A stretch of DNA of 64,000 nucleotides from an uncultured bacterium (GTDB lineage Bacteria; Acidobacteriota; HRBIN11; JAKEFK01). The position numbers were made by a program, and so were the translations under genes. The notes under the pieces are model-generated. The model searched no databases, had not been told where the DNA came from, and saw only the letters and a program-made list of their open reading frames with translations. The first letter of the stretch is position 1. Each line of letters starts with the position of its first letter. Location: contig CAWINI010000003.1 of assembly GCA_963837395.1 (NCBI GenBank), positions 771,805 to 835,804 of the forward strand, written 5' to 3'. Of the stretch, positions 10,027 through 20,478 are shown in pieces.

Positions 10027-12258
10027 TTACTGCACACAAACATTATCAATCATCAAGTCGTTGCTTTTTGCAGCGGCTCCAATGTTTGCTGTAGGTAATG
10101 CACGGGCTGGCGCAAAACCTGTAATCACTGGTGTTCCATCAATCGATATATCCACGGTTGTGCCGTTATACACAATCACAACTGTATAAAGAGTATTCGG
10201 AGCGAATGTGAACAGGCCTTTCGTTTTCGCTAAGACAGCCAGATTTCTGTCTTTTACAACTACCCTGCCCAGGCCTGCTTTGATCAGAATTTCAAGGGAG
10301 TTCTTCTTATCCACACGCGTGATGTATAGCCAGTTCTTTGCAAATACTCCACCGGTGAACTGAACATCAAATGTGTAGGTACCGGAAGAAGCTCCTGCGA
10401 ACGCACCATCTGCAACTCCGATCGCTTTCTTTTTAACTGGCGAGAGATGCAGGAATCCATCACCCGGTTCAGTTACTGCTGCTTTTTCTTCGACCCAGTT
10501 CGGAACTCCATCATTGAAATCGTTTGAGTAGGTACACGGATTAGCCGATACAAGTTGGAAGTCCTGATCCGTAGTGTTGCCTGCAGTAACTGCGACTCCG
10601 TTTGCTGTCTGAGAAGTATAGCCGGTTGCTGATGCTGTGACATCATAGGTACCTTCACACACATCTATGGTGTAGTTTCCACTGCCGTCAGTTGTTGTTG
10701 AATAATCAAATGGACCGTTAGCAGTAGTTATAGAGGCACCAGAAATCGGTTGGGCATTACCGGAATCGGTCACTGTGCCACTTAGAGTACCCAGGTTGCA
10801 AATCGGTGACTGGGTCACAGCCGCTAACGCATTGAGGCGGCCTTCACCCCAAACATTGTTGTCAGCTGCAGTACCTCCGCAAGAAGTATCGTTAACATCG
10901 GTTGCGCTGGCATCAAGAATTGCACGCGTGGCGGCGATATCACGAACCAAAGCTGGTGCTGCGGACCACATTAAAGCGATTGTTCCTGCAACGTGCGGTG
11001 AAGCCATAGATGTTCCATTAAAGTTTGCATAGCTATTTGTTGGAACCGAACTGCGAACAGCCACACCCGGTCCTGCGATGTTTGGTTTGATTTCATTCGA
11101 ATCAAAACCCGATGGACCGCGGCCGGAGAAACCAGCAATAACATTATTAATACTGTAAGCACCGGCACCATAACTATTCGCATAATCACCAGGTGAACCG
11201 CCGGTACCGCAACTAGGACCGGAATTACCGATTGAGAATTGCGGGAAAATCCCACTGGCTACCCAAGCATCTACAGTGGCGTTATAAAAAGGATCGCCAG
11301 GTCCGCCACCCCAGGAATTGTTAACAATATGAGGTCTCTTGCTGGCGTCGGGATTATTTCCTGCTAAATCCGTTGGTGCCAAAATAAATTGGCCGCAAGT
11401 GTTGAGTGCAAAATCGGAGCATGAATTTGTTTCACACCCTTTGCATCCCATGAATTGTGCATGTGGTGCAACACCAATTTGATTTGTTCCTGGATCACCA
11501 TCATCACCAACCATCGTTCCCATGGTGTGTGTACCATGGCTATTGTTATCGCAAGGTACATCCGGATCGGGACAAACAGCAGACGGATCAAACCAGTTGT
11601 AGTTATGATCAAAATTTCCGCCGCCGAGATTACCACGATACTTTGCAACTAATGCGGGATGGTCATACTGGAAACCAGTATCAACGTTGGCTACTACGAT
11701 ACCTTCACCGCGATCATTAAAAGTACTCCAAACTTGCGGTGCTTGAATGTTATCGAGTCCCCATTCTGTTGTATTTGGAGTTGTTTCCTGAGTCCCTGGC
11801 GTTACAGGCGGCAACGGATAGACACGGTCCGCTACAATTTTTTCAACTTCGGGCCTGGATGCAATTTGGTTGAGCAAAGCTGCTCCCGCATCTCTGACCT
11901 GAATTGTATTTGCGATCCAGAAAGGAAAATATTTCACTCCAGTAGTCGCAAGAAACGCACGAAGTCCTGCTTGACTGTTATCCGCAACAGATCTCAGTGT
12001 TTGATAAACGAAATCACCGCGATCCTTATCCTTTCTTATATTGAACGCGGGACTAAGATCGGCTTTGTCGCGTAATACGATCCAGAACGTCGTTTTCCCT
12101 TTGGATGCTATTTCATCCAGAACTTGCTTTTCTACGTTCTGTGATGATGCTTTTGACATCGTTAGATTGTTTTGTCTTGCCTCAACTGTTTGGATTTGGA
12201 CTCCATAGAATCCAAACAAAAAGAGGAAGACAAAGACAGTGAAGAACCACTTACGCAT
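10027..12258 (-). CDS. Secreted S8 (bacillopeptidase F-like) serine peptidase with propeptide, carboxypeptidase-regulatory-like domain and a ~170-aa C-terminal beta domain
   Basis: Signal peptide; catalytic triad motifs VANVDTG, HGTHTMG and GTSMASPH; AGGAGG RBS. Confidence 0.93.
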   Translation of the reverse strand: MRKWFFTVFVFLFLFGFYGVQIQTVEARQNNLTMSKASSQNVEKQVLDEIASKGKTTFWIVLRDKADLSPAFNIRKDKDRGDFVYQTLRSVADNSQAGLRAFLATTGVKYFPFWIANTIQVRDAGAALLNQIASRPEVEKIVADRVYPLPPVTPGTQETTPNTTEWGLDNIQAPQVWSTFNDRGEGIVVANVDTGFQYDHPALVAKYRGNLGGGNFDHNYNWFDPSAVCPDPDVPCDNNSHGTHTMGTMVGDDGDPGTNQIGVAPHAQFMGCKGCETNSCSDFALNTCGQFILAPTDLAGNNPDASKRPHIVNNSWGGGPGDPFYNATVDAWVASGIFPQFSIGNSGPSCGTGGSPGDYANSYGAGAYSINNVIAGFSGRGPSGFDSNEIKPNIAGPGVAVRSSVPTNSYANFNGTSMASPHVAGTIALMWSAAPALVRDIAATRAILDASATDVNDTSCGGTAADNNVWGEGRLNALAAVTQSPICNLGTLSGTVTDSGNAQPISGASITTANGPFDYSTTTDGSGNYTIDVCEGTYDVTASATGYTSQTANGVAVTAGNTTDQDFQLVSANPCTYSNDFNDGVPNWVEEKAAVTEPGDGFLHLSPVKKKAIGVADGAFAGASSGTYTFDVQFTGGVFAKNWLYITRVDKKNSLEILIKAGLGRVVVKDRNLAVLAKTKGLFTFAPNTLYTVVIVYNGTTVDISIDGTPVITGFAPARALPTANIGAAAKSNDLMIDNVCVQ

Positions 12259-12348
12259 AGTACCCTCCTAAAGGCTAATAAGTAAGTTTGATTACGTTGA
12301 TACTCTTAGTGTAGTTTTTGAGGAATTCAAATTAAATCCCGATGTCCC

Positions 12349-12381
12349 AAACTTTTAGCATAGATGCTTTTTGTTTGTCAA
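12349..12381 (-). promoter_or_regulatory. Putative promoter of the short S8 gene
   Basis: TTGACA-AACAAAAAGCATCTATGC-TAAAAGTTT; the same pattern occurs upstream of the long paralog. Confidence 0.6.
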
Positions 12382-12394
12382 CTCCAAAGAAAAA

Positions 12395-12422
12395 AGGGAC
12401 AGAGGCGAACGCCTCTGTCCCT
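12395..12422 (-). terminator. Rho-independent terminator of the giant S8 gene (duplicate of the 9979 terminator)
   Basis: AGGGACAGAGGC-GAAC-GCCTCTGTCCCT plus a U tract on the minus strand. Confidence 0.85.
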
Positions 12423-12441
12423 CGAGTAAAGTTCGGGTTAG

Positions 12442-15400
12442 TTACTGTACACAGACATTATCAACCAACATAGAATCGTTCTTTGCAGCGGCTCCGATGT
12501 TTGCTGATGGCAGTGCACCGGCTGGGCTAAAGCCTGTAATGACCGCGGTCCCATTGATTGTAACGTCATAGGTCGTGCCATTATAGACAATCGCAACAGT
12601 GTAGATGGTATTCGGATCTAGCGTAAAGATCGCTTTTGCTTTCTTTATAATCCCACCAGGTCCTCTTTGTTTTACAACCACTCTATCGCTACCTTCTCTG
12701 AATAGCACTTCCATCTGGTTTTTCTTATCGATACGATGCGTGTAGATCCAGTTTCTGGAGAAAATTCCACCAGTAAACTGAATAACGTACGTAAACGTAC
12801 CGGAAGAAGCTCCTGCGAAGGAGGAATCCGCAACACCCACAGCCTTTCTCTTTACTGGATCGAAATGCAGGAAGCCGTCACCAGGTTGCGTTACCGCTGG
12901 TTTCTCTTCGATCCATTCTCTGGTTGCATCGTTGAAGTCGTTGGAGTAGGTACAATTGTCAATAACATGCATTGCGACATCAACTGTCGGTGATGCTCCT
13001 GGAGCGTTTCCACTGATCTTGAGTTGAGCGAAGTAGTCACCTTCAGCAGCTACCTGGCTTGCGTCGAGTGTAACATCGACAACAACACTTCCGCCAGCAG
13101 GTACAGTTCCTTCTGATGGATTTTCACTTAACCAGGGTACGTCGCCACCGCCGCTCGCGCATCCTTCACCAGTGTTACGGTACAGATTGTCACTGAGAGG
13201 AGTATTGAAGTTAAAGAATCCACCATCAGTCCACACTTCTCCACCAGTAAAGGCGGTGGTGCAGAAGCCTGCGGTGTTCGCTTGGCGTGGTGAAGGTAGA
13301 GGATCTCCCAAATCTGCCCAGCTTCCACCCGGCCAGGAGGACAAATCGAGCCGCTGAACAGCGTCTGTTGCTTCAAAGAACCCGTTACCATTCTGATCAC
13401 CACCCATCGAATAAAGCGCGGTGTCGGTTGCGGACAATGCTACGTCAGCAACTGCGAGATCAAACGTCGGTTCAACTTCCCACGTATCGCTGGACATGTC
13501 ATATCGTTGTGTGAATGTTGAGTTCGCGCCAGGTGCGCTAGCACCCCAACCACCTGCGATGTAAACGAATGTGCCGGCCTGAGCTGATCCACCTTGGGAG
13601 ACTCCATCCGGCATAGCTGTACCGGTACCGGTCGATGTATCAGTAGCAATATCGTAGATATTTACTTCATTAGAAGTTGGAGGGCTGAAGTCATCATCAC
13701 CACCGATCATGTAAACCTTGCCATCAAGGGCGCCCATCGCTGCACCTTCAACAAAACGTGGCAGCGCTGCACCTGTCAACCAGGTATCGGTTGCGATGTC
13801 GTAGATGAAGAACTCATTACTGGTAAATGCACCATTTGCAACATAGATGCGGCCCTCGAAACAAACCGCGGACGGTGCTTCCGCTGGGTTCGGGTATGAA
13901 GCAAGCGAAGTCCAGGTATCAGTGTCCGCGTCATATCGCGCTACAGCACTGCTCAAGCCGAAACCGCTATCGACACCTGAAATGATGTAGAAGCTTTCCG
14001 GCGTCTCATCACATTGTGCATGACCGTAGCGGATTATTCCAAATGGTATAGGCGAACCAGGAATCCAGCCGCCGCCAGTTGGAGTGTTCCCTGGGAATAG
14101 CCCATTAAGCTTGGACTTCGGTGCGTTTCTCATGGACATCACAGAAGTCGGACCGGACTTCGCTAGCACTTTCGGATCGACTTTGTGCGTCTTTGCCTTT
14201 GGCAGATTCGGCAGCTTAAGTGCTGCGCCACCGCTTTCGCGGATCTTGTAGTCTGCATCGCCAGCGCCGGTATTGCTAATTGTGATCTGCTGAGTTACCT
14301 GGCCTCCTAAAGGAACCGTTTGATCTATCGAAGTTGGATCAACCGATAGACATGGAGCATCCAATCTCAGCGAAAAATCTACAGTTGTAGTTTGTCCTGC
14401 ATTCATTACAACGCCAGTCTGAGTCATTCCGATGTACCCAGGGGCACTGACCGTAACATCTACTGGACTGTTTGCGGCATCAAAGTACCACTGATAATGT
14501 CCACTAGCATCAGTCTCAAGCGTGTAGTCTGCGTTCGGACCATCAATAAACACAGTAGCACCACTGATCGGGCCACCAGCGGCATCGCACTGGCCTAATC
14601 CAGTTACGGTTCCGTCCAGTAAACCAAAGTTCGGGGGTACTGGAACATGCATTGTCACATTGACTTTCGGCGTTGCACCAGGAGCATTTCCTTTCACATT
14701 GATGTGCGCGAAGAAATCACCAGGTTGTAGCACCTGTGCGGCATCATAATTCACATCAATTACAGCTTGGCCGCCATCCGCAGGTATGGTTCCTTCGAAC
14801 GGATTTTCGCTTAGCCACGGAACGTCAGCTGCTCCGGCACAGCCTTCACCAGTAGTATGGTATTGATTCTTACCGTCAACGATGAAGCTAGAATTTAACC
14901 CGCCGGCACTCCACACTTCTCCACCAGTAACGGCAGTTGTGCAGAAACCAGCGTTGTTAGCAAGACGTGCTTCGGGAAGCGGATCACCGAGATCTGCCCA
15001 TGCACCGCTTGGCCAACCGGACACATCGAGTCGTTGAGCAGCATTGCTAGGATCAAAGAATCCGCCGCCAAACGCATCGCCACCCGCCTGATAGAGCGCG
15101 GTGTCAGAAGCGGCCAATGCGAAGTCAGCGTTTCCGAGATCAAATGTCGGCCCAACTTCCCATGTATCGCCGGACATATCGTAACGTTGGGTCATAGTTG
15201 AGTTGACACCAGGTGAACTGGAGTTCCATCCACCAACAACGTAAACAAATTGGCCAGACTGAACCATACCAGCATTGCTTACGCCCTCTGGCATCGGTGT
15301 TCCAGTGCCAGTCCAGGAATCAGTAGCAATGTCGTAGATATCTACTTCATTAGAGATTCCATCGGCTGGTTGGAAATCATCATCACCACCAATGAGATAA

Positions 15401-18400
15401 ATCTTACCGTCTAACGCACCCATCGCTGCACCTTCAACAAAGCGTGGCAGGGCGGCTCCTTGCAACCAAGAATCAGTTGCAATGTCATAGATGAAGAAGT
15501 CATTGCTGGTGAATGCACCATTTGCGACGTAAATGCGGCCCTCGAAACAAACCGCAGTCGGTGCTTCAGCTGGGTTCGGATAAGAAGCCAGCGAAGTCCA
15601 GGTATCAGTATCGGCGTCATAACGCTGCATGCTATTCGCCAAACCGAATCCGCTATCAACACCTGAAATAACGTAGAAGCTTTCGGGTGTGTCATCGCAC
15701 TGCGCATGCGCAAATCGGATGACTGGATTTGGCATATTTGAAGTCGAAGTCCAGCCAGAGCCATTCGGACCCTTATCGGGGAATAACGCTTTCAGCTTTT
15801 CCTTCGGCGCATCTTTCATGGACATTATTGAAGTCGGTCCAGTTTTTGCTTTCGCGTTGTGTTTGTTCGCCTGGGCCTTTGGCAACTTGGGATGTCTGAA
15901 TTTGAATGACAGACCATTGCCTTCCGTCAGCTCAAAGTTAGCATCGGAAGCGCCGTCATTTGTAATCGTAAACTGCTGCGTATCTTGACCACCGAACGGA
16001 ACGATATCTTCTAATTCAGTTGGATTCACCGACAAGCAAGCAGCATCTAATCGAAGTTCAAAATCGGTTGTGGTGGTTTGTTGCGGAGTGATGATCACGC
16101 CGGACTGTGACTCTCCGTTGTAACCATCTGCGCTTACTGTGATTGTTACTGGGCTATTCGCAGCATCAAGAGCCCATGTATAGAATCCATTTGCATCGGT
16201 TGTTAATGTGAAGTCCTCATTCTGACCATCGATAAACACCGTAGCGCCTTCAATTGGGCCACCAGGTGCATCGCACTGTTGTAATCCAGTTACCGTGCCG
16301 TTCAATGTTCCGAAGTTGGCTGGCAATGGAACATGCATTGTCACGTTCACTTTTTGTGCCGGATACGGGGTGTCAGTTTTGATTGTGAGATGTGCGAAGT
16401 AATCACCAGGTTGGTTTACCTGGCCTGCATCATAAGTAACATCAACGACTACTGAGCCGCCGCCTGCAGGAACTGTGGCTGTGGCCGGATTTTCACTGAT
16501 CCATGGCACATCAATACCACCACCCGCACAACCTTCACCGGTGTTATGGTACAGATTGTCCGAAATAGGAGGATTGAAATTGAAGAATCCACCATCGGTC
16601 CACACCTCTCCACCAGTAACGGCGGTAGTGCAGAAGCCTGCAGTGTTAGCCGAACGTGCACTAGGAAGTGGAGTACCAAGATCTGCCCAGGCACCCCCTG
16701 GCCAACCTGACACATCGAGTCTCTGCGCGGTGTCAGTAGCTTCGAAGAAGCCGTTACCATTCGCGTCTCCACCCATTACATAGAGCGCAGTGTCTGTGGC
16801 AGACAATGCATGATCAGAAACCGCAACATCAAACGATGGTCCAACTTCCCATGTATCGCTGGACATATCGTAACGTTGAGTGAAGTTTGAGTTCGAAGCA
16901 GGTGAGTTGACGTCCCAACCACCAGCGACGTAAACGAATGGTCCGGCCTGTGCTGACCCAGCATTGCTGACGCCATCTGGCATCGGCGAACCTGTGCCCG
17001 TCCATGTATCGGTAGCAATATCATAGATATCTACTTCATTAGAAATTCCGTCACCGGGGAAGAAGTCATCATCACCACCGATCATATAGACTTTTCCGTC
17101 TAAGGCACCCATTGCTGCACCTTCAACGAAGCGCGGTAATGTTGCACCAGCCAACCAGCTATCGGTTGCGATGTCATAGATGAAGAAGTCGTTACTAGTC
17201 CCTGCACCATTTGCGACATAAATGCGGCCCTGGAAACAAACTGCTGATGGTGCTTCGGATGCGTTCGGGTAAGAAGCAAGCGAAGTCCAAGTATCGGTGT
17301 CCGCATCGTATCGCGCTACAGCGCTGCTCAAGCCGAAATTAACATCGACACCTGAAATAATGTAGAAGCTGTCAGGTGTTTCGTCGCATTGTGCATGACC
17401 GTACCGGATTATACCGAATGGTATAGGCGAACCCGGGGTCCATCCACCACCGTTCGGCCTCTTCGGACCCTTCGATGGGAATAGTCCTTTAAGCTTCGAC
17501 TCCGGCGCACTCTTCATCGCCATCACAGAAGTCGGACCGGATTTCGCTTTTACTTTCCGATCGACTTTGTGTGCCTTTGCTTTCGGTAGGTTTGGCCCTT
17601 TGATCTTGAAGGAAACTAAACCGTTGCCTTCTTGAATTTCAAACGTGCCATCCGCATTACCATCATTGGTAATCGTGAGCTGTTGAGTATCTGTGTCTCC
17701 CAGATCTACTATGTCTTCCAGCTCAGATGGTGAAGCAACCAGATGACCTGTGCCTAACTCGAAGTTCTGCACAACAACGTCATCAGCTTGCACATCCACA
17801 TTTTCAGTATCAGATCCATACTGATTCTTGCTCGCCGTAAAATCGTGCGAGCCGGTCAACGTTGAGAACAACGTATAGAACCCATCATCAACGTTTGAAT
17901 CATTAGGAGTGGCGACTGTGTTAGCGTGATCACTTGGATTTTCATCGCTGGTAACAGTTGCACCATTCAGGCCTTGACCCGTATTTGAGTCATAGACGTT
18001 ACCAACCAACAGACCGCCGGGGATCGGGTCACAAGGACCAGCGCTGACATCGTCGACCCACATTGCTGTGTCATCGCCAAAAGCGTCTTGATGAACCAGG
18101 AATTTAAGACGGATCGTTTGTCCGGCGTACGGGGCTAGATCGACTGACCAATGCGTCCAACCAGACGTTTCGCAAACGTGGAAGATTGTTTGAAGGATAT
18201 TGCCGGATGTATCTGTAATATAAGCATCCTGCCAGTCGAAAGAAATCGAATCTGTGGTGAATTTCTTAGTCCAGAAGGTAAGCCCGCCTCCGCCACCTGG
18301 AACGGTGATCTGCTGATAGAAAGAACTGTCACCAAAGGGCTCGGGACCAGTGGCATCACCTGCTTGAGCGGAGAAGGCTCCTGAATGGTGTTCAGCGCCG

Positions 18401-20478
18401 GTTACGAATGGCGAGTTGCTTGTACCATCAATGACCCAACCGGTAAAGTCGCCGGTTTCAAAACCACCATTAGTGATGAATGAGTCAACACCATAGCCAG
18501 GCGCAGTGCAACCGGAATCCACTGTCAGAGCAAAGTCTTCAGTTGGATTCGCTCCTGGATCAACATCTCGTTGTTCTTCATTGTAGCCAGGACTGACTGC
18601 ATTCACATGGAATGTGAAGATAGTGCCTTCTGGCAGATCAACACTATATGTTCCATCGGCCGGATTTGTAAATATCGGGCTGCCCGGGAACGCATCAATA
18701 TCAATTCGTGCATACAGCGGCCAGCCATGTCCGGAACCATCAGTTACCGTACCGGTAACTGTAGCAAGTGGAGCTTGATCAAGCTGGAAGTCCTGAGTAG
18801 TTGTATTGCCAGCAGTAATGTTTACCGTTACTGTTTCCGGCAAATATGTAAAGGCTGAGGCGGTAACATCGTAAGAGCCTTCACACAAATCCATTGAATA
18901 ATTTCCGTTTGCATCAGTTGTTGTTGATTTATCAACTGCGCCGTCAGCATCAACATGAGCGCCCGCAATCGGTTGTGAAGTACCCGAATCTGTAACTGTG
19001 CCAGATATCGTACCGAGGTCACATATTGGCGACTGAGTCACTGCTTCCAATGCATCAATGCGGCCTTCACCCCAAACGTTATTATCAGCTGCTGTGCCAC
19101 CGCAGGATGTGTCATTCACATCGATCGCGATGCTATCAAGAATTGCGCGAGTTGCTGCAATGTCACGAACCAACGACGGTGCAGCTGACCACATTAGTGC
19201 GACAACGCCAGCAACATGAGGCGATGCCATAGAAGTTCCGCTAAACAGGGCATAACTGTTTGTTGGAACTGAACTGCGTACATTTACGCCAGGAGCTGCA
19301 ATATTTGGCTTGATTTCTCCACCAAATGCACCCGGGCCTCTGCTAGAAAAACCGGCAATAATATTATTAATGTCGTACGCAGCCGCGGCATATGAATTTA
19401 TGTAGTCACCGGGTGAGCCTACCGTATTGCAACCAGGACCGCTGTTCCCGGCCGAAAATTGCGGGAATATTCCACTCGCTTCCCAGGCATCCACTACCGG
19501 TTGATAAAATGGATCGCCAGGACCGCCGCCCCAGGAATTGTTTACAATGTGCGGCCGCTTGCTTGAATCAGGATTATTACCATTCAAATCGGTTGGAGCC
19601 AAAATGAACTGGCCGCAAGTGTTTAGTGCAAAATCGGAGCATGAATTCGTTTCACACCCTTTGCAACCCATGAATTGTGCATGTGGAGCTACGCCAATTT
19701 GATTTGTTCCGGGATCTCCATCATCACCAACCATCGTTCCCATGGTGTGGCTTCCATGACCGACGTTGTCGCATGGTGCGCCGCCACAAATATTGGAAGG
19801 ATCAAACCAGTTGTAGTTATGATCAAAATTTCCGCCGCCAAGATTGCCGCGATATTTTGCAACTAAAGCTGAGTGATTAAACTGGAACCCTGTATCAACG
19901 TTAGCTACTACAATACCTTCACCGCGATCATTAAAAGTACTCCAAACTTGCGGTGCTTGAATGTTGTCAATGTTCCATTCAGTGGTACCAGGAGTTGATT
20001 CTTGAATACCAGGAAGTGGTTTCGGTAATTGATAAACACGATCAGCAACAATTTTGTCAACATCCGGTCGTGCTGCAATTTCTTTCAATAATACGGATCC
20101 CGCATCTCTGACTTGAATTGTGTTTGCAATCCAGAAAGGAAAATACTTTACGCCAGTGGTAGCGAGAAATGCGCGAAGTCCTGCCTGACTCTGATCCGCT
20201 ACAGACCTTAAAGTTTGATAAACAAAATCACCGCGTTCTCTATCCTTCTTAATATTGAAGGCAGAACTTAGTTCTGCTTTTTCTTTCAACATAACCCAGA
20301 AGGTTGTTTTACCTTTGGATGATATTTCATCGAGAACTTGTTGCTCTATTTTTTGTGAGAGCTCTTTTGATAAGCCTTGATGACTGGCTTGAGTTGCGTC
20401 TGTTGTTTGGACTTGGAATCCCCAAACTCCAAACAAAAAGACGAAGAAAACAAAAAGAGTCAGGAACCGCTTACGCAT
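12442..20478 (-). CDS. Giant secreted S8 peptidase (2678 aa) with carboxypeptidase-regulatory-like and CBM-like domains, three tandem Ig/Kelch-propeller modules and the shared C-terminal domain
   Basis: Triad motifs VANVDTG, HGSHTMG and GTSMASPH; Kelch-type GG...Y/W repeats (VYMIGGDDD, VYVAGGW, LYVMGGD); AGGAGGGG RBS. Confidence 0.92.
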   Translation of the reverse strand: MRKRFLTLFVFFVFLFGVWGFQVQTTDATQASHQGLSKELSQKIEQQVLDEISSKGKTTFWVMLKEKAELSSAFNIKKDRERGDFVYQTLRSVADQSQAGLRAFLATTGVKYFPFWIANTIQVRDAGSVLLKEIAARPDVDKIVADRVYQLPKPLPGIQESTPGTTEWNIDNIQAPQVWSTFNDRGEGIVVANVDTGFQFNHSALVAKYRGNLGGGNFDHNYNWFDPSNICGGAPCDNVGHGSHTMGTMVGDDGDPGTNQIGVAPHAQFMGCKGCETNSCSDFALNTCGQFILAPTDLNGNNPDSSKRPHIVNNSWGGGPGDPFYQPVVDAWEASGIFPQFSAGNSGPGCNTVGSPGDYINSYAAAAYDINNIIAGFSSRGPGAFGGEIKPNIAAPGVNVRSSVPTNSYALFSGTSMASPHVAGVVALMWSAAPSLVRDIAATRAILDSIAIDVNDTSCGGTAADNNVWGEGRIDALEAVTQSPICDLGTISGTVTDSGTSQPIAGAHVDADGAVDKSTTTDANGNYSMDLCEGSYDVTASAFTYLPETVTVNITAGNTTTQDFQLDQAPLATVTGTVTDGSGHGWPLYARIDIDAFPGSPIFTNPADGTYSVDLPEGTIFTFHVNAVSPGYNEEQRDVDPGANPTEDFALTVDSGCTAPGYGVDSFITNGGFETGDFTGWVIDGTSNSPFVTGAEHHSGAFSAQAGDATGPEPFGDSSFYQQITVPGGGGGLTFWTKKFTTDSISFDWQDAYITDTSGNILQTIFHVCETSGWTHWSVDLAPYAGQTIRLKFLVHQDAFGDDTAMWVDDVSAGPCDPIPGGLLVGNVYDSNTGQGLNGATVTSDENPSDHANTVATPNDSNVDDGFYTLFSTLTGSHDFTASKNQYGSDTENVDVQADDVVVQNFELGTGHLVASPSELEDIVDLGDTDTQQLTITNDGNADGTFEIQEGNGLVSFKIKGPNLPKAKAHKVDRKVKAKSGPTSVMAMKSAPESKLKGLFPSKGPKRPNGGGWTPGSPIPFGIIRYGHAQCDETPDSFYIISGVDVNFGLSSAVARYDADTDTWTSLASYPNASEAPSAVCFQGRIYVANGAGTSNDFFIYDIATDSWLAGATLPRFVEGAAMGALDGKVYMIGGDDDFFPGDGISNEVDIYDIATDTWTGTGSPMPDGVSNAGSAQAGPFVYVAGGWDVNSPASNSNFTQRYDMSSDTWEVGPSFDVAVSDHALSATDTALYVMGGDANGNGFFEATDTAQRLDVSGWPGGAWADLGTPLPSARSANTAGFCTTAVTGGEVWTDGGFFNFNPPISDNLYHNTGEGCAGGGIDVPWISENPATATVPAGGGSVVVDVTYDAGQVNQPGDYFAHLTIKTDTPYPAQKVNVTMHVPLPANFGTLNGTVTGLQQCDAPGGPIEGATVFIDGQNEDFTLTTDANGFYTWALDAANSPVTITVSADGYNGESQSGVIITPQQTTTTDFELRLDAACLSVNPTELEDIVPFGGQDTQQFTITNDGASDANFELTEGNGLSFKFRHPKLPKAQANKHNAKAKTGPTSIMSMKDAPKEKLKALFPDKGPNGSGWTSTSNMPNPVIRFAHAQCDDTPESFYVISGVDSGFGLANSMQRYDADTDTWTSLASYPNPAEAPTAVCFEGRIYVANGAFTSNDFFIYDIATDSWLQGAALPRFVEGAAMGALDGKIYLIGGDDDFQPADGISNEVDIYDIATDSWTGTGTPMPEGVSNAGMVQSGQFVYVVGGWNSSSPGVNSTMTQRYDMSGDTWEVGPTFDLGNADFALAASDTALYQAGGDAFGGGFFDPSNAAQRLDVSGWPSGAWADLGDPLPEARLANNAGFCTTAVTGGEVWSAGGLNSSFIVDGKNQYHTTGEGCAGAADVPWLSENPFEGTIPADGGQAVIDVNYDAAQVLQPGDFFAHINVKGNAPGATPKVNVTMHVPVPPNFGLLDGTVTGLGQCDAAGGPISGATVFIDGPNADYTLETDASGHYQWYFDAANSPVDVTVSAPGYIGMTQTGVVMNAGQTTTVDFSLRLDAPCLSVDPTSIDQTVPLGGQVTQQITISNTGAGDADYKIRESGGAALKLPNLPKAKTHKVDPKVLAKSGPTSVMSMRNAPKSKLNGLFPGNTPTGGGWIPGSPIPFGIIRYGHAQCDETPESFYIISGVDSGFGLSSAVARYDADTDTWTSLASYPNPAEAPSAVCFEGRIYVANGAFTSNEFFIYDIATDTWLTGAALPRFVEGAAMGALDGKVYMIGGDDDFSPPTSNEVNIYDIATDTSTGTGTAMPDGVSQGGSAQAGTFVYIAGGWGASAPGANSTFTQRYDMSSDTWEVEPTFDLAVADVALSATDTALYSMGGDQNGNGFFEATDAVQRLDLSSWPGGSWADLGDPLPSPRQANTAGFCTTAFTGGEVWTDGGFFNFNTPLSDNLYRNTGEGCASGGGDVPWLSENPSEGTVPAGGSVVVDVTLDASQVAAEGDYFAQLKISGNAPGASPTVDVAMHVIDNCTYSNDFNDATREWIEEKPAVTQPGDGFLHFDPVKRKAVGVADSSFAGASSGTFTYVIQFTGGIFSRNWIYTHRIDKKNQMEVLFREGSDRVVVKQRGPGGIIKKAKAIFTLDPNTIYTVAIVYNGTTYDVTINGTAVITGFSPAGALPSANIGAAAKNDSMLVDNVCVQ
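12960..18020 (-). repeat. Three intragenic ~1.69-kb tandem modules
   Basis: Homologous anchor points at 17521, 15823 and 14137 (spacings 1698 and 1686 nt); near-identical peptide blocks recur three times. Confidence 0.9.
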
